From: Ptychomitrium polyphyllum
Taxonomy: Eukaryota
Assembly: GCA_973851085.1 (NCBI GenBank)
Contig: OZ316775.1
Location: 18,352,001 to 18,416,000, forward strand
Direction: 5' to 3'
Length of the DNA stretch: 64,000 nt
Within the stretch, counting starts at the first letter, position 1, and each line of letters opens with the position of its first letter. The notes under the pieces were generated by a model that ran no database searches, was not told the DNA's origin, and saw only the letters and a list, made by a program, of their open reading frames with translations. Below, one piece after another: positions 24,662 through 36,049 of this stretch. The translations under genes and the position numbers were made by a program.

Positions 24662-25932
24662 TTACCTAAAGTTTGAGTTTTATAACTTTGTCTTGTCCGC
24701 ATTCTGGGCGCTACTTTCTCAAGTATGTCGGTTTTTCTTTTTCTTATTCGGACCTTAATAAGTCTGGCCCTATCTAGAGGAAGAAGATCTTCTGCGGGAA
24801 GGGAGGCTTGCTCTACCAGTACAGAAACTCAGCATTTGCAAAGTTGGAAAACAAACTCATCAAGTCATTGACGAGCTGCTTTGAGAAGTTAATCCGAGAA
24901 AAGTTGTGATGTTCACTAAGTCAAGCTCTGATGCTTGCATGTTATTGACGATCAGAAACACAGAAAATTCATTTTTCTTTATCATGCCAGTAGACGATAT
25001 TTCCACCCATCTCTTCCTTTCGCATGAACCATGATGGCGCGTGAATGGAGAAAATTTGATGATAAGGGTGATATTATCTATGCAGTACGCACCCGCGAAA
25101 TGTGTAAAGGAAAGGTTCGGGAATATTTCTTTGTTGAACTATGATCACCTTAGAACGTACGAGGTACTCTCAAAGTTGTTTTCATCATCGCTGGATGTTT
25201 TGAAAGTTCCAGTTGCCTAATATCAAAATAACTCTCAGTTTGATCCAAGAATAGTCCCCTTCAGCCACTTTCAGAAGACAATAGATATGCTTTTATCATG
25301 GAGCTTCAATTGTCTATGTTCACCCAAGTCCACATGAATTCTCAGCCATGTTGCAACATCGATACTGTCAGAGTAAGTTGATAGCACTCTAACGATGCTC
25401 CGTGCAGCTTCTTTAAATGAGTTTACTATGTCCCAGTATATATCAAATATACAGGATCCTAAGACACTGGAACGTTTCTGGTCAAGATTCGGCTGATTCG
25501 GCTGAGAGGACGTGATGCTCTCAAATAACATCAATTGTTGCTTAAAATCTGTCTGTAAAATTGTCGCCACATACTATTGAAAGAATCTCCCATCCTGTCA
25601 AGTGAAACTCATTGGATCTAATTGGCAATTGCCACATGATGAACAGTACTGCTCTGTCATGTACCATTCTATTTCTCGTAATTATTTATGCACTATAAAT
25701 GAGATCTTTGATTACTAACCTTGATTTCACGTGAAACCATCTTTTCAGGTCAACAACAGTTTGATTCAAGCGTTAGCAAGTGATTAATTCAAATAACTTC
25801 TCTTCCAGACTTGCTCCTGAAACGACAGTCTGGTCTGAAGTGAAATTCACACCCTAGCAACGAGCCACACAAGCCCAGAACACTAAAGTAGAGATTTTCT
25901 ATTCTGAACAACTTCTGATTCAGAATCCAATT

Positions 25933-27430
25933 ATGTAGGAAAAATTTAGACATGTGCTGTGACTCATGGTCACTCACGCTCTTTTTGCTTTCGTATAAAG
26001 CAACTTCATACACACTCCCCTTTGTGCCAGCGACATGGTGTGTTTGGAAGAATGCGAATTCTTCCAAGACAACCAATGACCCAAAGGAGTACGTGGAGGG
26101 GATGCCCCTCTACTACCTAACCGCCCGAATGAAAGACCCTGCAACACGAACACTGGCAACCTTTACACCTTCTTCACCTTCCAAGAAGAGCCCAAGTATT
26201 ATGACGCTTCACCCAATCTAACAAATGCAGAGAGGTGCAAGTTTATGAAGGGGGAACTGCTTCGCCTTCGTGATCTCCAACTCAAACACCTGGGTCGGCA
26301 AATCCGAAAGGCATTTCGGCAGATTCAGTGTGAACAACATTGATAATCCTAAAGTCATCGCTATTGAATTTAATAGCTGGGCGAATAGTGATACAGATTT
26401 ACAGTATCAGGCAGAACATGTGGGTCTGGACATTGCAAGTCCCAAATCATATTGGACCCCACTTCATTGCACCACTAAGGATCTCATTGTGGAAAAGAGA
26501 CGTGATCTATTTTTGGATTGAGTATGATAGCACAACAAAGATTGTCCAGTTCAGAGATGCCAGCACCTCTCCTAGACCAATTAGCCGCCTTTTATATTGC
26601 TACGATCTCTATGATGCAGTTGATGAAAGGATGTATGCATGGAACAGTCTGGTGTGTGTACTATACCTACAACTGGACCTTCAGAAGCTTCGGAATATCT
26701 CCTCACTTCCAAATTGCCCTCACTGAGTATCAGTTTGGGGTTAAGTACCGCCAGCACGTTCCCAGCACTCTTCCTGGAAGTCGGTGTCCGTTTGTTTCTG
26801 AGCAGAAGCCATTCGCGAGAAGAACTTTGGGATGTGCAAGGGTTGGTGGAAATGGCCGGTATGCCGGAGTCTATTACCTACAAGCACCTCAGCTATGCCA
26901 CCAAGCAAATCAGCGATCAATCAAAATTCGGAGCAGGTGGGTTCTGGAGTGTGCACGACAGCGTGTTGCCAAGAGCAAAGGTGAAGCTCGAGTGGTACCT
27001 CTTCCAGGAGCTCAAGTGGCAGTAAAAGAGGTGAGCAACGACTCCAGACAGGGCGAGAGGGAGTTTCTGGCAGAGTTGCAGACCATTAGCCAGCTCAGGC
27101 ACCGCACCGTGGTGGAGGTCACGGGGTTCTGCAGAGACCGAGGCAAGTTTCTCCTGGTATACAAGCTCTTCCGGGATGGCACTGTCGACTAAGCTCTGTT
27201 CAAACCTAAATCTCCACAGGATGTGCTCGCATGAAATAAATATGGAATCATTGCTCCAGAGGCTACGGGTTGGAGATTTACGGACGAGACAGACGTGTTT
27301 GCAATCGGTGCTGTTACGTTGGAGGTCGCTTGCGGTCGAAGGGCTTTGGACGTGAGGAACGAAGATGACATGATATTGGTGGACATGGTGTGGAGACAAC
27401 CGAAAGATGGAGACTTATTAAGACTATGAT
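25933..27430 (+). pseudogene. L-type (legume) lectin receptor-like kinase pseudogene
   Basis: Lectin motifs FAFVIS, VIAIEFNS, HVGLDIAS, WIEYDS. Juxtamembrane MPESITYKHLSYATK. Kinase fragments GAGGFWSV, VAVKEVSNDSRQGEREFLAELQTISQLRHR, IAPE, DVFAIGAVTLEVACGRRA. Several frameshifts and stops; HRD/DFG segment missing. Confidence 0.88.
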
Positions 27431-28271
27431 CTGCTGAAGTCTTCATCTGAAAACATCACAGAGCTCAAAATCAAGCGACAACCGGTTGCATCCTGTGTAG
27501 TTGGCTACATCCAACGCATGTTTATCTTCATCTGTAACTTCTGGTAGATAGTTACAATATGTTGAACTATGAAGTACATTTGAGAATTTGGCGAAAATTA
27601 TAAAAGAGTTCGGCATAAAGGAGGATCTCATATACTCAGGACGCAACCTCTCCATTGACTCAACAAAAGGATTTGAAGGCACTCACCTCCTGTCATTGCG
27701 GAACAATTTCACTGTTGCATCCTACACAGACTCCTTTGTGTGTGCAACGATATCCTCCGTTTGAACGATTGCCAAAGCTTACAAGAAAGATGTAGACACT
27801 GTAGGATCTCCAAAATAGTACGCACACAACTATTGATAACTTCAAGTACTGAGTTCATGAGAAGAATGGAGCCAGTGGCAGCTGGAGTTTATTTTATGTG
27901 CTGTACAAATCATCAAATTTGATTTACAGAATCCCAATCAGTAAGAGCACTGCAAAACTTCCTAGAAAATACCCTATATATAGCACTGCATACCAAACTC
28001 TACCAGGAATTCTAAAGCAACAAACAAGTAAGCTCCGGTTAGTTGTGCTTAATTAAAGAAATAAACGTAGAATACAAAGTTTTGAAAATATATTATCTGT
28101 ACAAGATTAGATGCGGAATATTTACATAAATTTCTCCAACTTGTTTGTTATCACTTAGGACTTACGAGTCACGCTCCAGCAAGCAACACCGAAGGCCTCA
28201 TGACCACAACCTAGATCCACACTAAACCATGGTTGCTTTGATGTCGGAGTGCTACCGACTGTCGGCTGTCC

Positions 28272-28560
28272 TCAGGGTTGTCGGAGCACCTCAATCTTCC
28301 GGTTCACTTCCTCAATAGTGATGCACTGGAAGTCGCTGTCATCGCAATCATCCAAGGTCACTATCATCTTCGTACAACCAGGCTCGCTGCCGACCGCTAT
28401 CAAAAACTCCCGATAAGTGTCGTTCATGGTCACGTGCACCTTGCACTCACCTCCCTCGTGGATGCTGGCAAGGTCGGAATAGCCTTGGTTGTTGACCACC
28501 TGCACCTTCACTATCTGACTTGGGTAAAGTTTGCAACCGACGAATTCTTCGGCTCCTACT
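28272..28560 (-). pseudogene. Small protein of unknown function, probably 5'-disrupted
   Basis: GC-richer coding-like island reading SQIVKVQVVNNQGYSDLASIHEGGECKVHVTMNDTYREFLI...KMIVTLDDC. It recalls a small bryophyte protein family, but no clean start is visible. Confidence 0.45.
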
Positions 28561-31500
28561 CTCAAGGAACACTGGTTGACTTGAGATGCATCGTGGAGTG
28601 TGCTCGACTTAGAGGTGTAGGGGAAATATATCGGCAATTGCAAAGTGCAGACATGGTTGATCCTTTTCGGAATGCACACGAAGTAAATTTATTTCCACAG
28701 AAACTTCTTTGAACTCAGGGCCCAACGGCCTGGGGCACTTACCTCACACATGAGATTTGAAGTTACACTGTTTTTCTCTAATATGACAAGTTTGGGAAAT
28801 AAGAAAATTGTTGTATAACTGAAATGTTGCATTTTTTACTATTTAGTATTTAAAGGGCATTTGATGTTGTATTATTGAGGTTTTCATAATTTGACCAAAA
28901 TAAGTATAGAAACATATGACAACAGTTGTAAAATATTGGAAATATACTTTGTATCTACTAGGATTTGTAATACTAAGCTTGTTAATAGCTACCAATTTTA
29001 GCTGCCATTTCTTGGCCCTTGACTTTGAAAGTTCTCATAAGGTTTTCAATTATAAATGAATGACGTATCATAAAAATTTCAAATATTCATCACTTTAGAT
29101 GAAATTCATCCATATTAAGCATTCATTGCCTCTATTATATGACAAATGGGAAGCTTTGGTTGTCGTATTACAATATGTCATAGTTGTACTATAAGAAGAG
29201 CTTTGAACTAGGTAAATTAGTTATGCAAAAATAAGTTGTATAATTGAGGTTGTTGTATATTTGAGTGTTGCAATAGTAAAGTTAGTTTGTATGTAAAAGG
29301 AGCAACAATTGATTTTAATGTACACTACTAGTCATGCAAAATATCCTTGCATCTTTTGAAGTTAAATAATTAATAAGTTTTTAAAAATTGGAATAATCAA
29401 GTAAAGGTTCTTAGAATGTCAATTTGAAGATGAAAAAAACTTCTCTTACTACTCTTACAATATCAAAAAAAACTCATACTCGGTATGGCAACAACCAAAA
29501 TAAATGATAAATAACAAAATACATTTTATTTGAAAAATAATTGTAATTGGTCCTCACGTGTTTTTAAAATGACATTTACAACAATTTCCTTTAAATAATG
29601 GTACATAATATATTTCAACATTTAATGGTGGCTTTTCAATGTTAAAGTTATTGTTCTAAAAATAGCTTTAAAAGTGAAGAACTATTATTCATTAACATCA
29701 TACAAACAAAAATTTATAATTTTGCAATATATGAATTTTGGATTTTAAATTTTTTTTGAGTTTATTTGCACTTAAAGCAATTTAAGAGTTGAAAAAAACT
29801 TGAATGTGTCATTCTTATCATAGTCTTTTATAAGTTAATTAAATCATTTAATTCAGTGTTCATCATAACAATGTTTTCATAATAGGGCTTTAATAACATG
29901 AAAAGATTTTTTTATATTCTTTTTTTTAAAGAAGCTTGTTTGTTTTTAGATAAAAACTTGAATACTGGAACAATAAGTCAATCTTTCAAAATATTAATTT
30001 TTAATCAATGATATATTAAAAAGTATAATTTGATAAAATAAATTATGCAAATACAATATAAATTGGACTTGCAAGTATTTTATACCATATAATTGTTCAA
30101 TTGTAATTAGGTCCAAAAAAAATTCAATGAAAGACTATTTGACAACATATTAATCTTTAAAGACCTAATTTAGTCTAAAAGCACATTAATAAATCTTAAT
30201 TTAAATGGTCCATTTAGTTATTATAATTATTAAAAATTTCAAATTCAAGACTATTTTTAAATAAATCTATATACCTTCTATGAACTATATATTTTTTAAA
30301 ATCATATATTAGTTAAAAGCTTGAAGATTAAGAACTATTTTACAAAAATAAAATGAAAATTTTATACACGCACCTATGTCCATAAGATTGAATAAAATCA
30401 AAATTAAAAATCAATTTTAGTTTTTTATTAGTCATTTTGATACTTGATTATATTAACAATTGACACTTCTTTTATAATATATCTTCAGTTATAAAAGAAA
30501 CTGAATATTTTTCTTTTACCATTTTCTATATTCATATAGAATTTGCTTTGAACTTTTATGATTACAATTTTATGTTATATTTATGTTTTAGATGAAAATC
30601 AATATTATTAAAGCCATATGATTACATTTTCCAGCTTAATATTTTGTTGCTTATTTCATAAAATTTTAGATTTTATAATTATTTTGGCATTAATTCTTGA
30701 TAATTGTGGTTGTAGATTTTTAAATTAATAAAATGAAAATGATACAATTAAATTGAGTTTTTCTTTGGTGTAAAATATTGTTCACTTTTTTTCTTGATAA
30801 TTATAAAGTGAATTTAATAAATAATAATTTAAAACTTAGTAGTGTAAAAAGATTAGTATATTTATTAAATGAAAATTTATAGTGTTTTATTATTTTTGTA
30901 CAATTAAAAGATAAGAGTTTTCAAAATGGAAAAAAACCATATATTTTTGTTAAAATATCAATTCAAAATTTCATTTTCTTTTACATATTGTTATTACACA
31001 ATAATATGTTAAACTAAATGTTATTTAAATGAAATATTTTCATTTTCAAAAATATTTAAGAATTTTTATCATTGTTTTGTTATTAATATAATCATTTAAA
31101 TAAATTGTACTTTGTATTAAAATCAAAACTTGGCTAATTGCAAAGATTCTAGTATATTAAAATTAAGTTCAAACGTGTGATATAAAGTAATATTATATTG
31201 GAACATTATCAAAATGAAAGAGATAGATTTTGTATTATCTAATAACGTTTGAAAATCTTAACAATAAATTTTGTAATTTAATTTAATCATTGAAAAATCA
31301 GTATTTTTGATATAATATTAAGGCGATAGCCAATTTTGTAGAATATACATACTTTTATGATTCTTTTCCATTAAATTATATTTCTATACTTAGAGGTTGA
31401 TTATTCTTACATGAACATTGAAAATGATAATTTAATCATATTGATTAAAGTCGTACTAAGCATGAATTAAATAAGTGCAAAACTTCAATTTTGATTCAAG

Positions 31501-33174
31501 AATTTTACGTTGTTATTGTAGATAATTATTTATCCAATATTTTTGAAAATATGTAATATTTCATGAAATGCTATAACATAAAGTTCTGAGGTCAAAGATT
31601 CTCTCATCCCAAGAAACTTATACATTTAAACTTTGATATATATCTTTATGAAAAGAATATTTAATATTCATGAAAATAATATATATAATAACAACAACAA
31701 TATTCTAAATGAAAACCGTGGTACATTCTAGATGTATTTGTATGTGTAAAACATCCATACTCAAAAAAAACACATCTCATATAAACTCTAAAAGCCAACA
31801 ACTTTTATTTCAATTTTATTTAAAATAGAATCTATATTTCGATGTTATTTTTTTTTTAAACAAAAAAAACTGCACCAAACTTGTTCAAAGACCTGTCCAA
31901 AAATACTGATACTTTATACTACTCGTACTTGTTCAAATGATTCCTAAAATGCTTGAAGATGTGAGGCTCCAGGTGCCAGCTCCCTGACGAGGTGATATCT
32001 GTGCGTTTGTCTTCCGGACGTCGACCACAGGCTACAAACACACTGCAACAGTTGCGCTTTGGAATTCCAACCTATGCCTACACAGAGAAAGAAAATTGTT
32101 CTCTGGAAAACAATCGTAGTATCCTTGCGATCAGCGTCTGTTGGAGCATAGCCAGGTACGATGTTCGTCGGCAGCTCACGTGGGGGTCAACTAGCGTTGC
32201 AAAACTACGCTCCAGTTACTAGACTACGCCTACCCAGGTGAATCATGGTTTCTGGCCAACACCAAGCCGCCGCTAATAGATTGATTAGCCAAGTCAACGA
32301 GTACGAGGAGTGGCGGTCATTGTCGTGCATCCAGAGTCTCAAATCTAACTAGAGCTCCTTACCGACTAGCTGAAGCATATTTTAAGACAGCATCTGTTTC
32401 TTCCGAAGCATGATGCCTCGAACAGGAGGCCCCAGCTCTCACCCTACCGGGAAACACAGCAGGCAGTTCACTAGCATAGCCCAAGTTGAATGTTATCATG
32501 CAGTCCTTGTCATACCACAGTAATGATTTATTTTGTTTTTGCCACATAGGATTCTATACGGTATCCGTGAATGAGAATGTGACACGTTCTAAGAACTGTC
32601 TGCGCATCCCAACGGGCAAGTAGTCTATGCTTTTACATTGAAGTGCCGACAATGCACTTGGTAGTCGGCTCCGACACTTCCGCGAGCGGTGCGATGATTG
32701 ATCAGTCCCTTTGTCACGAACGCGTGACGGTAGGGCAGTTGCATCGTGACTCGGAGGTGTACACGGTGTTGCAGACTTTTTGCCGACGGTATCGTCAAGT
32801 GAGTCGACGCTGATTGCTCACTGATTGTTTTGCAAGATTAAATTCGGCTACAACCCTCCTTGAGTTTGCAACTATTCATTTATCTTTGCTTTGAGTCCAC
32901 ACTGATATTGCAAAGTTTCTGCTTTCGTTGCTGCAGTCTGATCTTGTGCCTCACGCAGGTATGTTTTCAACGGCTACTCCTATTATTCTTTTCGTGCTTG
33001 TTCTTGTTTCCAAGCGGTGACGGTGGTTTTGAGTTTCTGTAGAAAGGATTTGGGTTTGGGATTGCTAATGGTTATGACTTCTAGTGGTTCGTCTCGTTTA
33101 TCTCGTTTTCTGATGTGGGTTCTGTGTTATATTACGGGGTTGGTGCAGAATTTTGAACAAGTCATTCTCTGGAG

Positions 33175-34686
33175 ATGGCGTATGTTCTCGGAGGGCCGAG
33201 TATCCAAGGACAAACATTAGATATGACTGGTTAGTGCTGCATATTTCGTCTCTTCCGCGTTACACTGGTTTTCCTACTTTCATTCATGTTGTTGGTATTT
33301 TGCACTCGTCAATAGTTCATCGCTCTGTGGAGGAGGTTTGTTGACGGTTGTTGTTCTGTTTGTATGATCAGTTGTTGGCTGTTTCAACTTGATAGACACG
33401 GAGTGGATTAGCAGACAAGACCCCTATGTCGTTCTTGAGTACTCTGGACAAAAACTTGGCACCCGTACTGATACAGGTTATACAGCTCACTCTCTACTAA
33501 TCTACACTTACATTAAGAAATGGATTTTTTTAGGTTTTAGTATTATGTGAATTTGTTTACTTCTGTTCGAAGCGATCGTTAACGTGTAATTTGGATTGGT
33601 ATGCAGATGGAGGGAAGAACCCATCCTTCAATGACGCCTTTAAAATTTCGTTGATTGACGGTCTTCGAGAATTGAGTGCCACTGTATGGAACAGCAACAC
33701 CATCCAACGTGATACCTATATTGGAAGCACCAAGTAAGTGCTCATCATGGATAAGACCATTATTTTCAAGTATGAGCTTTGAGAGTAAAATTGGCTTTCT
33801 TTTTAATTATTAATTTGAATGATGAAACGATGGTGATGAAGGATTTCTGACGGAGCTGTTTTTCGTGGATTGGAATTTCAGGATTCTACTTCGCAAGGTG
33901 ATTGAATCGGGATATGATGATACTCAATGGCCACTAACACATGCTCGGACCGGGAAATCGTCTGGAGTGTTGAAATTGATATTGCACTATGCTGGTGCTA
34001 AAAATGTAAGTTCGTCACTCAAGGCTGTTGCAGTTGAAAGACACATTGTGATTTCTCTCTCATCTCCTCGCATCTCAATTCTGTTTTGTTAGATTAATAC
34101 TCCAAGAATATAAATCAATGTGTCGGCAAGTCTATCATGTTAGAGGAGGTTGTCAAAAGCACGAGGCTCTGGATTTGTGGCTGCTTATGATTTCCGCCGA
34201 ACCTAAGCTGTGTGCGCATTTTACTATCAATGAAAAAGTTTCCATTAAACATGGTTATTTAAGCAGTTGTCTTATATTCAATCTTTTGATGGTCTGCAGA
34301 AACCAGGTATACTCGAAGGCAGCTCATACTCGCACGCAGCCCCACCAGCACCGGTATACCATGGACAACCAACTCCGGCATACGGACCTGCAGTTCAAGC
34401 TTATGGACCAGTTCATTACCCTCCACAGCAACCTCCTGCAGGATATTTTCCTCCCCAGGTTCCTGCACAGCCATACGTCCCCGCGTACCAGGCAGCAGCT
34501 CCTACAGGTTATCCTGCGGCACCTGTTGCATATGGTGTACCTCCTCCTGCTCAGCCCTTATATCACCATTCAGTTTCTGCGCCTCCAACGTATGGTGCTT
34601 CCGCACCTCCGTATCCTACATACCCACCTGCGGGTTATGCACCTTCTGGGTACCCGCCTGGTGGCTATCCTCAACACTGGTACTAG
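33175..34686 (+). CDS. C2-domain (Ca2+/lipid-binding) protein with Pro/Tyr/Gly-rich C-terminal tail
   Basis: Exons 33175-33229, 33372-33476, 33607-33733, 33882-34005, 34300-34686, all GT-AG and in phase. VVGCFNLIDTEWISRQDPYVVLEY, DGGKNPSFN, VWNSNT, GYDDTQWPL. Probable 5'UTR intron 32959-33149. Confidence 0.93.
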
Positions 34687-36049
34687 CAGACAATATGGGG
34701 TTGCAATGGTCTTGTAGGGATTAGGTCCTGGATACCATTTGTCCATGCTTGAGGAATCGAATTGATGTACAAAATGAAAAAAGAGTTAGTGCCCTGTATC
34801 GTTAGAGTACAATTCATATTGGCAAAACCTTGTTGACCTAGAGCGAGCTACAATTACAAAAGGTCTGGTGAAAGTAGCAGCTGGAGTAGGCGAAAGCCTG
34901 GCATAGTTGGTGGTGTATGATATGACGTTTGTAAGCTTCACGCACTTCGGATTTGTAGTATAGCTCAGGATTCTTTGTATCAGCAACTTTTTCTCCAGCT
35001 GCTCCACCTACCTCTGTGAAAAAGAGTGTACAGTACAGGCTTGAAAAGTATTTCAGGTTATTGAAGCTTCTTCGGATTGTAGTTTCCATGTGGTTATTAG
35101 TGTCCATTAAGGATTAATGCCAAACTCATTAATGGGTGAATCTGTCACCTAAATGATGCCCTTTACATCCGTATTGTTTCTAGGCATCAGTTGCCAATGA
35201 GATTAAATTGCCCTTCCAACACTTTAAATCTAATCCGAAGCTGGGAAGCTTGTCTGCCCAAAGTAATGCCCAAAGTTGTTGGCTGCACGACCTAATTGGG
35301 TAGCTTCGGCGCTGGTGTATGTCCGTGGAATAATTTGGTATGTATCAAGCACTGGCATTGCACACAATTAAGTTGCTTATTCCCTTCCATTGTTGCTAAA
35401 CCTAACAAAGTGACAGATTCTCGTATGTTGTATGTTTTTGAGGTTTTGTTACGTAAAGGAAACAAGGTCTCGAACTGTGCTTGCCTTTGAGTTTTTGGAG
35501 ATTTTGTACAGTTGTTTAACTTAAGCAAAATGATTCTATGTCAAACAAACACTGGGTCTAATAATTTTAGCAAGAAATTTGCAATTATTTTTTATAAAAG
35601 TTTGTTTATTTGGATTTAATATGTGCACCATGATGATGATAATGGATAAAAGTAAATAAACTTAGTGTTAATGATATAATGGAAGTTTGTCATCATTCTC
35701 AAGTGGCTTCACTAATAGAAAGAATATTGATTTTTAGAAGACAAGGTTTTTCATTACTAAATAACATCATGGTGCTATATTAATGTATTGAGTCTGCTAA
35801 CTTTTGCTCTAAAAAATATATGTTATGTATTAGAGGTATTCTTGAGTAATCTTATAGCTTACTAAACATTGAATATTGACCTATTTTTGTTCAATACATT
35901 GCACTGTTGAATTAGACAAGCAATAGGTAAATAGAGCATAGTAGTGGTAGATTCATATGATAGTATACATCCATACCTTCCATAAGATAGGTAGAATCCT
36001 TTATAATGTCAACTGGAAGAAATTCAAAGGTAACATTGGGAAGCATCTG

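Noticed and set aside
28760..31900. Very AT-rich tract (also 39000-40100, 48470-49380, 57960-59870) as Helitron or foreign DNA
   Set aside because: No termini, TSD, hairpin or coding remnant could be identified by eye.
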